From: a virus
IMG/VR virus record: IMGVR_UViG_3300025083_000016
Coordinates: 1 to 64,000 of that record
Length of the DNA: 64,000 nucleotides
Direction: 5' to 3' (one strand)
The position numbers were made by a program, and so were the translations under genes. Below are positions 8,777 through 17,613 of the stretch, piece by piece; position 1 is the first letter of the stretch; each line of letters begins with the position of its first letter. Below the pieces are notes generated by a model, which saw only the letters and a list, made by a program, of their open reading frames with translations, did not search any database and was not told where the DNA came from.

Positions 8777-10306
8777 TCAAAGTTCAGCAATAAATTGAGG
8801 CATCCAAGCAATTTCTACAGTATCATTTGTATCGTTAGAAGCTGCAACTGTATAACCAACTCTATAGATAGTTCCTGAAGTTGGTACAGATGAAGTAGCT
8901 TTCCCTGCTGTGTCTAAATACATTGCTTTTCCTATATTGATAGAGTCATCACCGTCAGGCTTATTAACTGTTACTTTAGTTCCCCATACAGTTGCAATTT
9001 TATAAGTTCCAGCACCATCAATTAATTCAAGTGCTACGCCAAAAACTTCTGAAGTTGATGATCCAGATCTAGAAGCTGGGTCTAAAAGTCTACCTGCAGA
9101 AGCTCCTTGAAAAGACACTATGTCACCAGAACTTAATGAAGCTGTTGAGCCCAAAGGTTCAGTAACTTTTGTACCTACACCTGTTGGAGAATCAATAATT
9201 ATTGCACCAAAAGAAGTAGCAACATTAACTTCAGCATTGCCAGTTGTAATATCATCAGCAGCAACAGAACCTGCTGCAATAGTTCCAACATAAGTTTTAA
9301 CATCAGACATTAAAGCTTTTTTAGTTTGATTACTAGAGCCAGAATCACCAATTATAATAGCGTCGCCATCTGCAAGTGTAACAGAAGAACCTGCACTTGC
9401 ATTTAATAAGTTGATTTCTGCAGCGGTTGCATCTAATGCAGCTAGCTTAGTAAGATCAGCTGCAGTAAGATCGTCATCGTCTAAGTAATTAAGTTCTGCA
9501 GCAGTTGCTGTTACATTTGTTCCACCAATATCAAGTGTAGTCACTGAAATTTCGCCGGCAACTGTAACAAGACCATTTGTAAGTGTTAATAGATCAGTAT
9601 CATTTGTATGACCAATTGTTGTACCATTAATTACAACATCATCTACAGCTAAAGATCCAAATGTACCAAGTCCAGTTGTTGTAATAGCACCTGCTCCTAC
9701 ATCAATAGATGTAAATCCAGAAGTAATAGATCCTGAATCTAACGCACCTACAGAAGTTAAACTAGAGCCAACAACAGAACTTCCTAGAGTAGTCGCACTA
9801 AGTACTGATACATTGTTTATTTTAAATTCTTTTCCAGCAATAGCATTTACATGTTCAGAAAAGTCCCAAGAGTCTGTTGAATTTGTCCAAAGAATCGTAT
9901 GATCAGTCGCACCCTTAAGCGTAATACCACCACCGTCAGCAGTTGTATCTGTTGGTGTATCTACAGTTCCTAATTCTAAATTTTTATCGTCAACTTGTAG
10001 TGTTGTAGAATTAACTGTTGTTGTACTACCATTTACTGTTAAGTTTCCTGTTACAGTAAGATTATCTCCAATAGTAACTTCTGAAGTTGAATGTCCAATA
10101 TTAACTGCAATACCAGATTCCAGAGTTGCAATATTAAGTGCACCTGTTTCGTTTGCTAAAAATGAGTTTGATCCATCATGGTATATTTCTAGATCTTCAC
10201 CAGCACCAATTTTGATTCTTGAAGTATCACCTATTCTAAGATGATCACTAGAACTAGGCTTGTGTATTTTTCCGCTTCCATAACCAATTAAGTCGTAATT
10301 AGCCAT
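8777..10306 (-). CDS. Fibre protein 3, probable head fibre/decoration protein
   Basis: Fibre modules GNLTVNGSTTTVNSTTLQVDDKNLELG and TATAAELNYLD; C-terminal GDIV...VFGVALE...MYLDTAGKATSSVP...RVGY resembles capsid cement (DUF2190-like) domains. Confidence 0.7.
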   Translation of the reverse strand: MANYDLIGYGSGKIHKPSSSDHLRIGDTSRIKIGAGEDLEIYHDGSNSFLANETGALNIATLESGIAVNIGHSTSEVTIGDNLTVTGNLTVNGSTTTVNSTTLQVDDKNLELGTVDTPTDTTADGGGITLKGATDHTILWTNSTDSWDFSEHVNAIAGKEFKINNVSVLSATTLGSSVVGSSLTSVGALDSGSITSGFTSIDVGAGAITTTGLGTFGSLAVDDVVINGTTIGHTNDTDLLTLTNGLVTVAGEISVTTLDIGGTNVTATAAELNYLDDDDLTAADLTKLAALDATAAEINLLNASAGSSVTLADGDAIIIGDSGSSNQTKKALMSDVKTYVGTIAAGSVAADDITTGNAEVNVATSFGAIIIDSPTGVGTKVTEPLGSTASLSSGDIVSFQGASAGRLLDPASRSGSSTSEVFGVALELIDGAGTYKIATVWGTKVTVNKPDGDDSINIGKAMYLDTAGKATSSVPTSGTIYRVGYTVAASNDTNDTVEIAWMPQFIAEL

Positions 10307-10355
10307 TTTAAATTTCCTTTCAAATTTTATCTAATATATCTAAGGTTGTTCTTTA

Positions 10356-10363
10356 TTAATTAT
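10356..10363 (-). promoter_or_regulatory. Putative late promoter ATAATTAA
   Basis: ATAWTTA motif on the minus strand about 50 nt upstream of fibre 3. Confidence 0.35.
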
Positions 10364-10365
10364 TA

Positions 10366-10399
10366 TTGACGTGTACAAATTAGTTATTCATTTTATAAT
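10366..10399 (+). promoter_or_regulatory. Putative sigma70-type (early) promoter
   Basis: Perfect TATAAT at 10394-10399 with TGTACA 16 nt upstream (TTGACG lies 22 nt upstream); divergent gap ahead of the nuclease/glycosyltransferase/sigma operon. Confidence 0.4.
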
Positions 10400-10423
10400 A
10401 TTGTTGAAAGTAGAGTAATTATA

Positions 10424-11272
10424 ATGAATAATAATAAACTAATGAAAGAGCACATATCTTTTTCTGAGCTAAAACAGTGGAAAGATTGTTCTTGGCGACA
10501 CAAACTTTTGTATATCGATCGGTTGCAAACGTTTGAAGAAAGCCCTCATTTACATTATGGAACGATAATTCATGATGCATGTGAACATTTTTTAAAGACA
10601 AAAGAGTTAAAATTAGATGAAGTAAAATCAAAAATCAAAGATGCATGGGAAGAACACGGATTTGATTCTGATGATTTTATTACACTTCAGTCAAATAGAG
10701 CGCAGTTGCAAGGATGGAAATATAAGCACAATAAAACAAAAGACTGGTTAGAATGGTCAGAAGCTAGTTTAAGGTCTATTCCAGATTTTTTAGACCAAAC
10801 TTTTGAAAATTGGGAATTTGTTTCTGCAGAGGATGATTTATATGAAAGAATAAGTGACAACTTTGATACTAAATTCAAAGGTTTTATTGACTGTATCATT
10901 AAAGTACCACAAAAAAGCGGTAAATATAAGTACTGGATTCTAGACTGGAAAACTTCTTCTGGGAGAGGATGGTCTATGCAAAAACAAAGAGATTTTAACG
11001 TTCAAGCTCAAGTTATTTTATATAAATACTTTTGGGGTACAAAGAATGAAATACCATTAAAAGATATACAATGTGGGTTTGTTTTGCTTAAAAAAGTAAA
11101 AACTTTAGGTAAATCATGCCAATTAATTAAAGTATCTAGTGGTCCTGTGTCTATTGAGAAAACACAGAAAATGATAAGAAGTATGCTTAAAACAGTAGAA
11201 AAAGGAATGTTTCTTAAAAATAGAGACTCCTGTATGTTTTGTGAATTTAAAAATACAGAATTTTGTAACTAA
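10424..11272 (+). CDS. PD-(D/E)XK exonuclease, Cas4/RecB/AddB-like with Fe-S staple
   Basis: ISFSEL..WKDC, GTIIH, KGFID, ILDWKT, QxxxY (QVILY) and C-terminal CMFC-x7-C. Confidence 0.88.
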   Translation: MNNNKLMKEHISFSELKQWKDCSWRHKLLYIDRLQTFEESPHLHYGTIIHDACEHFLKTKELKLDEVKSKIKDAWEEHGFDSDDFITLQSNRAQLQGWKYKHNKTKDWLEWSEASLRSIPDFLDQTFENWEFVSAEDDLYERISDNFDTKFKGFIDCIIKVPQKSGKYKYWILDWKTSSGRGWSMQKQRDFNVQAQVILYKYFWGTKNEIPLKDIQCGFVLLKKVKTLGKSCQLIKVSSGPVSIEKTQKMIRSMLKTVEKGMFLKNRDSCMFCEFKNTEFCN

Positions 11273-11285
11273 TTAGAGGTAAAAA

Positions 11286-12527
11286 TTGAGAAAAAAGTTA
11301 TTAATCATTTCAGATCATGCAATGACAACTAGCGGCGTTGCAACACAAAGTCGTCACCTTATTGAAGGCTTATTAGAAACACAAAAATATGACATTGTAC
11401 AGTTAGGTGCAGCAATTCGTCATGAACAATATGCAACACAATCCATTACAGACCATTTTAAAATTATTCCATGTAACGGATTTGGTAACAAAGACATCGT
11501 TAGGTCTCTACTTGTAAAAGAAAAGCCTGATGTAATGATTATCTTTACTGACCCTAGATTTTTTAGTCATATTTTTGAAATGGAAGACGAAATTCATCAA
11601 GTATGTCCAATCATGTATTGGCATGTATGGGATAATCGACCTTCACCTTCATTTAATAAAAAATATTATGATGCAGTTGATAAAGTTGTTGCTATTTCAA
11701 AATTAACTGAGGCAGTTTGTAAAGATATTATACCACAAAAAACAGTATATATACCTCATACATTACCAGAAGACGTTTATTTCCAGATGGAAAATGAAAG
11801 AATTAAGACTTGCAAGTTAAATACCTTAGGTGAAGCAAGAAAAGACAACTTTGTTGCATTGTGGCTTAATAGAAACTCCAGGAGAAAGCGTGCTGCTGAT
11901 GTTTTAAAAGCGTGGCAAATATTTTTGTTTAATCTAGAAGACAAGCATAAAAGAAGTGATGCAACACTTATTATGCATACAAATCCAGAAGATAGTCAAG
12001 GTACAAATTTGCTAGAAATAGCAAAACATTTAGACATCTTAGGAAATGTTTGTTTTTCTGATCAAACTGCATCTTATGAGCAAATTAACGTTCTACACAA
12101 TATTTCAGATGTCTGTGTTAATATTTCGTACGCTGAAGGTTTTGGTTTGACAACTTTAGAGTCTATGAAAGTAGGTAACCCAATAATTGCAACTACAACA
12201 GGTGGATTAACATCTCAGGTAATTGACTATATAGATGGCTCACATAATGGAATACCTTTAACGCCTAAAATAAAAACACTATCTGGGAGTCAAGATGTTC
12301 ATTATATCTATGAAGACTATGCATCAGTTGAAGATACTGCTTGTGCTTTATTAAAAATGTATGAAATGAAAGAAGAAGATCGCAAGAAACTAGGTCAAAA
12401 ATGCAAAAATTATGTTGAAAAAGAGTTTAGTTACAAAAAAATGATTGAGTCTTGGGATAAAGAAATAGAACATACACATACACACTGGAAAGAAAATTAC
12501 AGTAGAGTTACGTTGGAGGAAATTTAA
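11286..12527 (+). CDS. Glycosyltransferase, GT-B fold (GT4-like)
   Basis: SDH...SGVA, NRNSRRKR, EGFGLTTLES (E-x7-E); TTG start with AGAGGT RBS. Confidence 0.9.
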   Translation: MRKKLLIISDHAMTTSGVATQSRHLIEGLLETQKYDIVQLGAAIRHEQYATQSITDHFKIIPCNGFGNKDIVRSLLVKEKPDVMIIFTDPRFFSHIFEMEDEIHQVCPIMYWHVWDNRPSPSFNKKYYDAVDKVVAISKLTEAVCKDIIPQKTVYIPHTLPEDVYFQMENERIKTCKLNTLGEARKDNFVALWLNRNSRRKRAADVLKAWQIFLFNLEDKHKRSDATLIMHTNPEDSQGTNLLEIAKHLDILGNVCFSDQTASYEQINVLHNISDVCVNISYAEGFGLTTLESMKVGNPIIATTTGGLTSQVIDYIDGSHNGIPLTPKIKTLSGSQDVHYIYEDYASVEDTACALLKMYEMKEEDRKKLGQKCKNYVEKEFSYKKMIESWDKEIEHTHTHWKENYSRVTLEEI

Positions 12528-13696
12528 TGAATATTTTAATTAGAGGACCACTTTTAAGCATGTCAGGATACGGAAACCATTCCCGTCAAATTTTTGAACT
12601 AGTTAAGTCAGCAAAACCAAACGCAAAAATACACTGTGATGTATTACCTTGGGGAAGTACATCATGGATTTTGTCACAAGAATTTTGCTCAGACAATAAT
12701 TTTGATGAAATTATTCAGAAAACAATGATTTCTTACAAATTAAAAGAAACACAGTTCGATGAAGTTTATCACATTGGTTTGCCTAATGAATGGAAGCCTT
12801 TTGTCAATTCAAAAAATATTGGAGTTACTGCAGGAATTGAGTCAGATATTTGCAAGGAATCTTGGATAGATGATTTAAATAAAATGGACCTCGTAATTAC
12901 ACCTTCAGAATTTGCAAAAGAATCTTTTATTAAGGCATCAAGTTTTTCTAAAAACAGTCTTCAAACAGATATCTGTGTAATCCCAGAATGGTTCTACGTT
13001 GAGTTTCAAGAATCACATGATAATAAATACGGACTTTTAAATAAAGTCAAAACAGATGAAAACGTGTTGATTATTGGGCAGATTACATCAACAAATTCAG
13101 AAAGTGATAGAAAAAATATTGCAAGATCTTTAAGAGAAACTGCATCATATCTTTCAGGTGTAGATAAAGAAACAGGCATTATCTTAAAAATCTTAACATC
13201 TGGTTCTAACGAATTAGCAAAAAAAATAGCAAAAGATATTATAAGAAACGAAGTAGAAGGTTTAAGCGTGCCTGTTTATCTTTTGTTTGGTAATATGACA
13301 CCATATGAACTGAAAAGTTTATATTCTGATCCTAAAGTTACTTGTTTACTTACAGGTACTAGAGGTGAATGCTTTGGATTAACAATTTTAGAAGCTGCTG
13401 TAAATAAACTTCCGATCATAGCAACAGGTTGGTCTGCACATACTGAATTCATAAATTATATGTTTCAGTTAGAGTATGATTTAAAACAAGTACCACCTAG
13501 TAACAATACAGTATTTTTTAACAAATGTTCTAGATGGGCTGAGTATAAAACATCTTCTTTAGAGGAAAATCTTAAAAAAGTGTTTATTGAAAAAGCAGTA
13601 GACTGCGAAGAATTAGAAGCTCAATCATCATTTTTAATAAACAATTACTCTAAGAATGCAATAATATCAAAATATAGTAGCATTTTGATCGGATAA
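12527..13696 (+). CDS. Glycosyltransferase, GT-B fold (GT4-like), second copy
   Basis: SGYGNHSR, DRKNI, RGECFGLTILEAA (E-x7-E), PIIATGWSAHTEF. Confidence 0.88.
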   Translation: MNILIRGPLLSMSGYGNHSRQIFELVKSAKPNAKIHCDVLPWGSTSWILSQEFCSDNNFDEIIQKTMISYKLKETQFDEVYHIGLPNEWKPFVNSKNIGVTAGIESDICKESWIDDLNKMDLVITPSEFAKESFIKASSFSKNSLQTDICVIPEWFYVEFQESHDNKYGLLNKVKTDENVLIIGQITSTNSESDRKNIARSLRETASYLSGVDKETGIILKILTSGSNELAKKIAKDIIRNEVEGLSVPVYLLFGNMTPYELKSLYSDPKVTCLLTGTRGECFGLTILEAAVNKLPIIATGWSAHTEFINYMFQLEYDLKQVPPSNNTVFFNKCSRWAEYKTSSLEENLKKVFIEKAVDCEELEAQSSFLINNYSKNAIISKYSSILIG

Positions 13697-13700
13697 AATT

Positions 13701-14012
13701 ATGATAATAGCAATTGTTTTGCTATCTATTGCACTTATAATATCTATGTTTTTTTGTATAAAGTTTGCATTAACTATTTTGCAAGTACAAGAAGCTGTAG
13801 AAGAGTCTTTAGATATTATTGATGTAAAATATAGTAGATTAAGCAAAATCTTAGAAATACCTATATTTTACAATAGTCCAGAAGTCAAGTCTGCTATTCA
13901 AGAAATTGAAGATACAAGAGACGCTTTGCTTTATATAGCAAACCAGCTAGTCAATAGCGAACAAGAAAACGATATAGAGGAAGACCTTGAGCAAGACGAC
14001 ACAACCATCTAA
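13701..14012 (+). CDS. Small membrane-anchored protein
   Basis: N-terminal hydrophobic helix followed by an acidic coiled-coil-like region. Confidence 0.65.
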   Translation: MIIAIVLLSIALIISMFFCIKFALTILQVQEAVEESLDIIDVKYSRLSKILEIPIFYNSPEVKSAIQEIEDTRDALLYIANQLVNSEQENDIEEDLEQDDTTI

Positions 14013-14736
14013 AAAGAGAAAACCTAGAAAAAAGAAAAAAGGTAAATCTTATTATTTTGATCTAAACGTTCAGAATAAAATCATAGAGTACCAGAATTCT
14101 TCGTGTAGAAGTGAAAGAAATATCCTTTATGAAAAGGACATTTTTCCTGCATTCGATGATTTAGTACAGAGTTTAGTTTCAGTATATGGTTTTAAATCAA
14201 CAAATGAAGACATTAATCACTTAAAGTCAGACTGCGTTACATTTTTATTTGAAACTTTACACAAATGGAATCCTAACAAAGGCACAAAAGCTTTTTCTTA
14301 CTTTAATGTAGTTGCTAAAAACTGGTTAACTATTCAAAGTAGACGTCTTCTTAAAAATCAAAGAAGAAGTGCATTTATTGATGATCCTGATGGTTTAAGT
14401 TCTAGCGAGAAGTCCGAGCTTTTTGATCGTGAATATATAGATTCAGATACAATAATTGCACAAAAAGAAGAAGCTTTCGGAAAAATCCTAGAAATGATTA
14501 ATTACGTAGAAGACCAACTAAAAGATTCGCAAGACATTAAGTGTTGCGTTGCTATTAGACAAGTATTTAATAGTATTGACGAATTAGAGTTTTTTAATAA
14601 ACGTGCAGTTTTTGTGTATTTAAGAGAAATATCAGGCCTAAACAGTTCAGAATTAAGTTCTTCTCTTTCTAATATTAGAAAAATATATAGAAAAGTTGTT
14701 GGCCCAGATAATATGTTTGACTTCTATGATAACTAA
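13987..14736 (+). CDS. Phage sigma factor, T4 gp55-like (late transcription)
   Basis: KWNPNKGTKAFSYFNVVAKNWL resembles the sigma region 2 motif of gp55 homologs (FDPEK..PFAYFT); TTG start. Confidence 0.7.
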   Translation: MSKTTQPSKKRKPRKKKKGKSYYFDLNVQNKIIEYQNSSCRSERNILYEKDIFPAFDDLVQSLVSVYGFKSTNEDINHLKSDCVTFLFETLHKWNPNKGTKAFSYFNVVAKNWLTIQSRRLLKNQRRSAFIDDPDGLSSSEKSELFDREYIDSDTIIAQKEEAFGKILEMINYVEDQLKDSQDIKCCVAIRQVFNSIDELEFFNKRAVFVYLREISGLNSSELSSSLSNIRKIYRKVVGPDNMFDFYDN

Positions 14737-14745
14737 AGGAAACTT

Positions 14746-15120
14746 ATGAGTAAAGATATAGAAAAAGTTTTAGAAAAAAACGAAAAAAACGAAGCAAAAG
14801 AGCAAAGAATCAAAAACTTTGCTGACATTCTTGATAACATCGATTCACTTGAAGACAAAAAAAAGATGTTATGGAAAGAAATATACGAGAATTCTGTAGA
14901 AGATCGTGAAAAAGCAAAAATGTTGTTTAATGATGCCTATATTTCTATGACAGGTGGCGTAAACGAGCATATGAATATAGGCGCGATTATGTCGAAGTAT
15001 CTTGAAAGAATGACGAGGTCTAACGATCAAATTCTTAAATTAGTAGAATTAATTTCAAAAGAAGAAGAAAAATCTGAAGCTATTAGTGAAGATGATATTT
15101 TTGGAAAGATTAACGGTTAA
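14746..15120 (+). CDS. Helical hypothetical protein (terminase small subunit candidate)
   Basis: AAGGA RBS; 124 aa predicted helical hairpin; weak likeness to the T4 gp16 oligomerisation helices. Confidence 0.35.
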   Translation: MSKDIEKVLEKNEKNEAKEQRIKNFADILDNIDSLEDKKKMLWKEIYENSVEDREKAKMLFNDAYISMTGGVNEHMNIGAIMSKYLERMTRSNDQILKLVELISKEEEKSEAISEDDIFGKING

Positions 15121-15122
15121 AG

Positions 15123-16976
15123 ATGTTTAAAACAGGTATTTCTTTACTCTACGTGAGTGAATATTCAAAATCACAATTTGAAAAAAGCTTTAATGTTTTA
15201 AAAAAATACAATGATTTAAAAATATTAAATTTAAGTCTAGTTAATGATATTGCTTTAAAAAATATTAGCGAAAACTTACCAATTGGAACTATTATTTGCA
15301 AAGTTTTAGACACTGTAGATATTATTGAGGTTTGCTTTCCTGTAATGTCGACACACATTTCAATGCCTGTTAAAACAAACGAATTAATCTGGTTTTTTCA
15401 AGATGAAACGCCCTTTTCAAGTACATCAGTAGAAGATGGGCATCCACTCTTAGCAATAAAAAGCTATTGGTTAAGTAGAAAAATTGGTGGAAAAATATCT
15501 GAAGATTTGAATTTCACACATTTTCAGCGAGATTCATTAATAACAGACTTACAATTAAAAGATTCAGAAAAGTACAATCAGGTAAGTAATGACTCATTAG
15601 AAATCAAAAAATCAAAAAATTATAAAAAAGAAATTGAAAAAATTGTTAAGATTCCTGGTTTTGAAAACGAACTTATTTATGTTAATCTATACAATTCAGG
15701 TATGCTAGAAAACGCTGAGTCTGTGCTTGAAAAAGAAAAAAATATTAATATTTTTCCTGATGCTGTCCCTAGATGGTTTTCTAAACCCTATGAATTAACA
15801 TTTCAAGGATCAAACAATACACTCATTAATTTAACAACAACTAACAATACAGATGAAGAGTTTATAAATAAAGGTGCAATTGATATAGTTTCTGGCAGGT
15901 TTTTTCTTGATAAATACATAAGCGAAGAAGAAAATAATCTTCATGTTTTTGAAAACAAAACGATAAAAAACAAAGACAAAGATAGAGAAAAAACATTTAT
16001 TTTTAAAAAAAATAGTTTTGCTGCAATTGAAAACACACTAGGCAACTTAGAGATATTAAAGTCTCAAAAGCATTATTTAAATACAGATATTATTAATGAG
16101 TCAAGTGAAGGTAAAATAAACCTTTTTAAAGATGCATCAAGAATATACATTTCAGAGGCAGACAATATTGATAATTCTTTGTATTATGATACAACATGGC
16201 TTTCAGATCAAGACTTAATACTAACTGATATTGACAAAATATTACTTTCTAATGAAAGCTTAGAGTTTCAAAAAGAATATTTACCTAACAACAATATAAC
16301 ACTAAATAATTTAACATCAGTGCCACTTGATGAAAATAACTTTATTGTTCCTAGTGTTTTCATCAAGTCTAACAATATACGTTTAGTAAGCAGAAAACAA
16401 ATAGAAAACGAAGAAAGTGAATTGTTTTTGAATGAAGGTTCAATTAGATTCATAAAAGAAAGTGAAGACTTTTTAAACTATTCTCATATTTGTTTAGAAG
16501 ATGACGGACAAATATTAGTAGATGGAAACACAATACTACTAGGAAACTTCAAGAAAGAAGTTGTTAGACAAAATATTGACAGCATTGAGAACATACAAGA
16601 TTTATCAAGTGTTAACGAAGATTATGCGTTAATGCATGGTAATGGTAACGGGCTGTTAATTGGATACGATGAAAATTTAGCAGAATCTCTCGTTCTAGGT
16701 AACACTTTAGAGGCAATGCTAAAAGAGTTGATACAGATCAATTTAGATCTAGTAGAAGAAATAAATAAAATATCAAATAATCTATTAAATCATACACATA
16801 GTGGTGTAACACCTGGAGGAGCTATTTCACAACCTCCTAATCTTGCACTTACTAAGCCTTTAATATTAGATACAGAAAACTTTGTAACGTCAGAAAAGTC
16901 TGATATTGATTCTAGATACAAAAACTTACGTGATAATTTAAGACATATGCTTTCTAGGTTTGCAAAAACAACTTGA
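15123..16976 (+). CDS. Baseplate hub/central spike protein
   Basis: OB-fold-like N-terminus (CFPV..HISMPVKTNELIW), beta-helix-like repeats, LVLGNTL, C-terminal HTHSGV metal-binding apex as in P2 gpV; precedes the gp25-like gene. Confidence 0.75.
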   Translation: MFKTGISLLYVSEYSKSQFEKSFNVLKKYNDLKILNLSLVNDIALKNISENLPIGTIICKVLDTVDIIEVCFPVMSTHISMPVKTNELIWFFQDETPFSSTSVEDGHPLLAIKSYWLSRKIGGKISEDLNFTHFQRDSLITDLQLKDSEKYNQVSNDSLEIKKSKNYKKEIEKIVKIPGFENELIYVNLYNSGMLENAESVLEKEKNINIFPDAVPRWFSKPYELTFQGSNNTLINLTTTNNTDEEFINKGAIDIVSGRFFLDKYISEEENNLHVFENKTIKNKDKDREKTFIFKKNSFAAIENTLGNLEILKSQKHYLNTDIINESSEGKINLFKDASRIYISEADNIDNSLYYDTTWLSDQDLILTDIDKILLSNESLEFQKEYLPNNNITLNNLTSVPLDENNFIVPSVFIKSNNIRLVSRKQIENEESELFLNEGSIRFIKESEDFLNYSHICLEDDGQILVDGNTILLGNFKKEVVRQNIDSIENIQDLSSVNEDYALMHGNGNGLLIGYDENLAESLVLGNTLEAMLKELIQINLDLVEEINKISNNLLNHTHSGVTPGGAISQPPNLALTKPLILDTENFVTSEKSDIDSRYKNLRDNLRHMLSRFAKTT

Positions 16977-16979
16977 GAC

Positions 16980-16987
16980 ATAATTAT
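16980..16987 (+). promoter_or_regulatory. Putative late promoter ATAATTAT
   Basis: ATAWTTA in the 35-nt gap before the gp25-like gene. Confidence 0.4.
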
Positions 16988-17011
16988 TCATAACAGTTAA
17001 GGAATATAAAA

Positions 17012-17599
17012 ATGTCAGAACTAGGTTTAACTCTAAAACAGCTAAGAAAAATAAATTCTCATAATGACAGGACTGTAGAAACACCTGTAAACCCTATTGG
17101 TATTAAAACTCCTTTAGAAAGAGGAACAAGAGAAAAAGAAACTCTTTTTAAAATGCATTTTGACATTGCTACACAGATTAAAGACAATCTAAAAAACCTA
17201 ATTATGACGCAAAAAGGTGAAAGATTAGGTTTTCCAGACTTTGGTACAAGTTTAAGGCAGATTTATTCAAATAATACTTTATCTAAAGATGAGATTGTTG
17301 ATATTGCTTCTGAAGAAATCAAAGAAGTTGTTTTAAAATATATGCCTTCTATAAGGCTAGAAGAGTTTTATTCTTCAAAGGTAGACAATCAAGATCAAAA
17401 AAGCAATTACTCAAATAAAGCGGGTAGAGACTTTTCGTCTTCTTCAAATAGTAATTTAAACTTTGAAGAAACAACTTTTAGAGAAATAAATATAAATAAC
17501 ATAGAAATTGACAGTATTTATGAAATTAAAATAAAGTATAGCATACCAATATTAAACAAAAAACAGGAATTAATTTTAAGAATTAACAGTTCTTTATAG
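17012..17599 (+). CDS. Baseplate wedge subunit, GPW/gp25 family
   Basis: QIKDNLKNLIMTQKGERLGFPDFGTSL signature. Confidence 0.9.
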   Translation: MSELGLTLKQLRKINSHNDRTVETPVNPIGIKTPLERGTREKETLFKMHFDIATQIKDNLKNLIMTQKGERLGFPDFGTSLRQIYSNNTLSKDEIVDIASEEIKEVVLKYMPSIRLEEFYSSKVDNQDQKSNYSNKAGRDFSSSSNSNLNFEETTFREININNIEIDSIYEIKIKYSIPILNKKQELILRINSSL

Positions 17600-17613
17600 T
17601 TCAGGAGAATAAA

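Noticed and set aside
1-10306. Diversity-generating retroelement acting on the fibres
   Set aside because: No reverse transcriptase in the window; the 71-bp repeat mismatches (C/T, C/A, T/C) are not adenine-specific and both copies are internal coding sequence.
8083-10420. Invertible segment around the minus-strand island
   Set aside because: No flanking inverted repeats or recombinase gene seen.
10424-11272. Cas4-like gene as a sign of a CRISPR-Cas locus
   Set aside because: No repeat-spacer array or other cas genes seen; solo Cas4-like nucleases are common in phages.
13701-14012. Holin or spanin call
   Set aside because: Single TM helix only; no endolysin or lipoprotein partner nearby.
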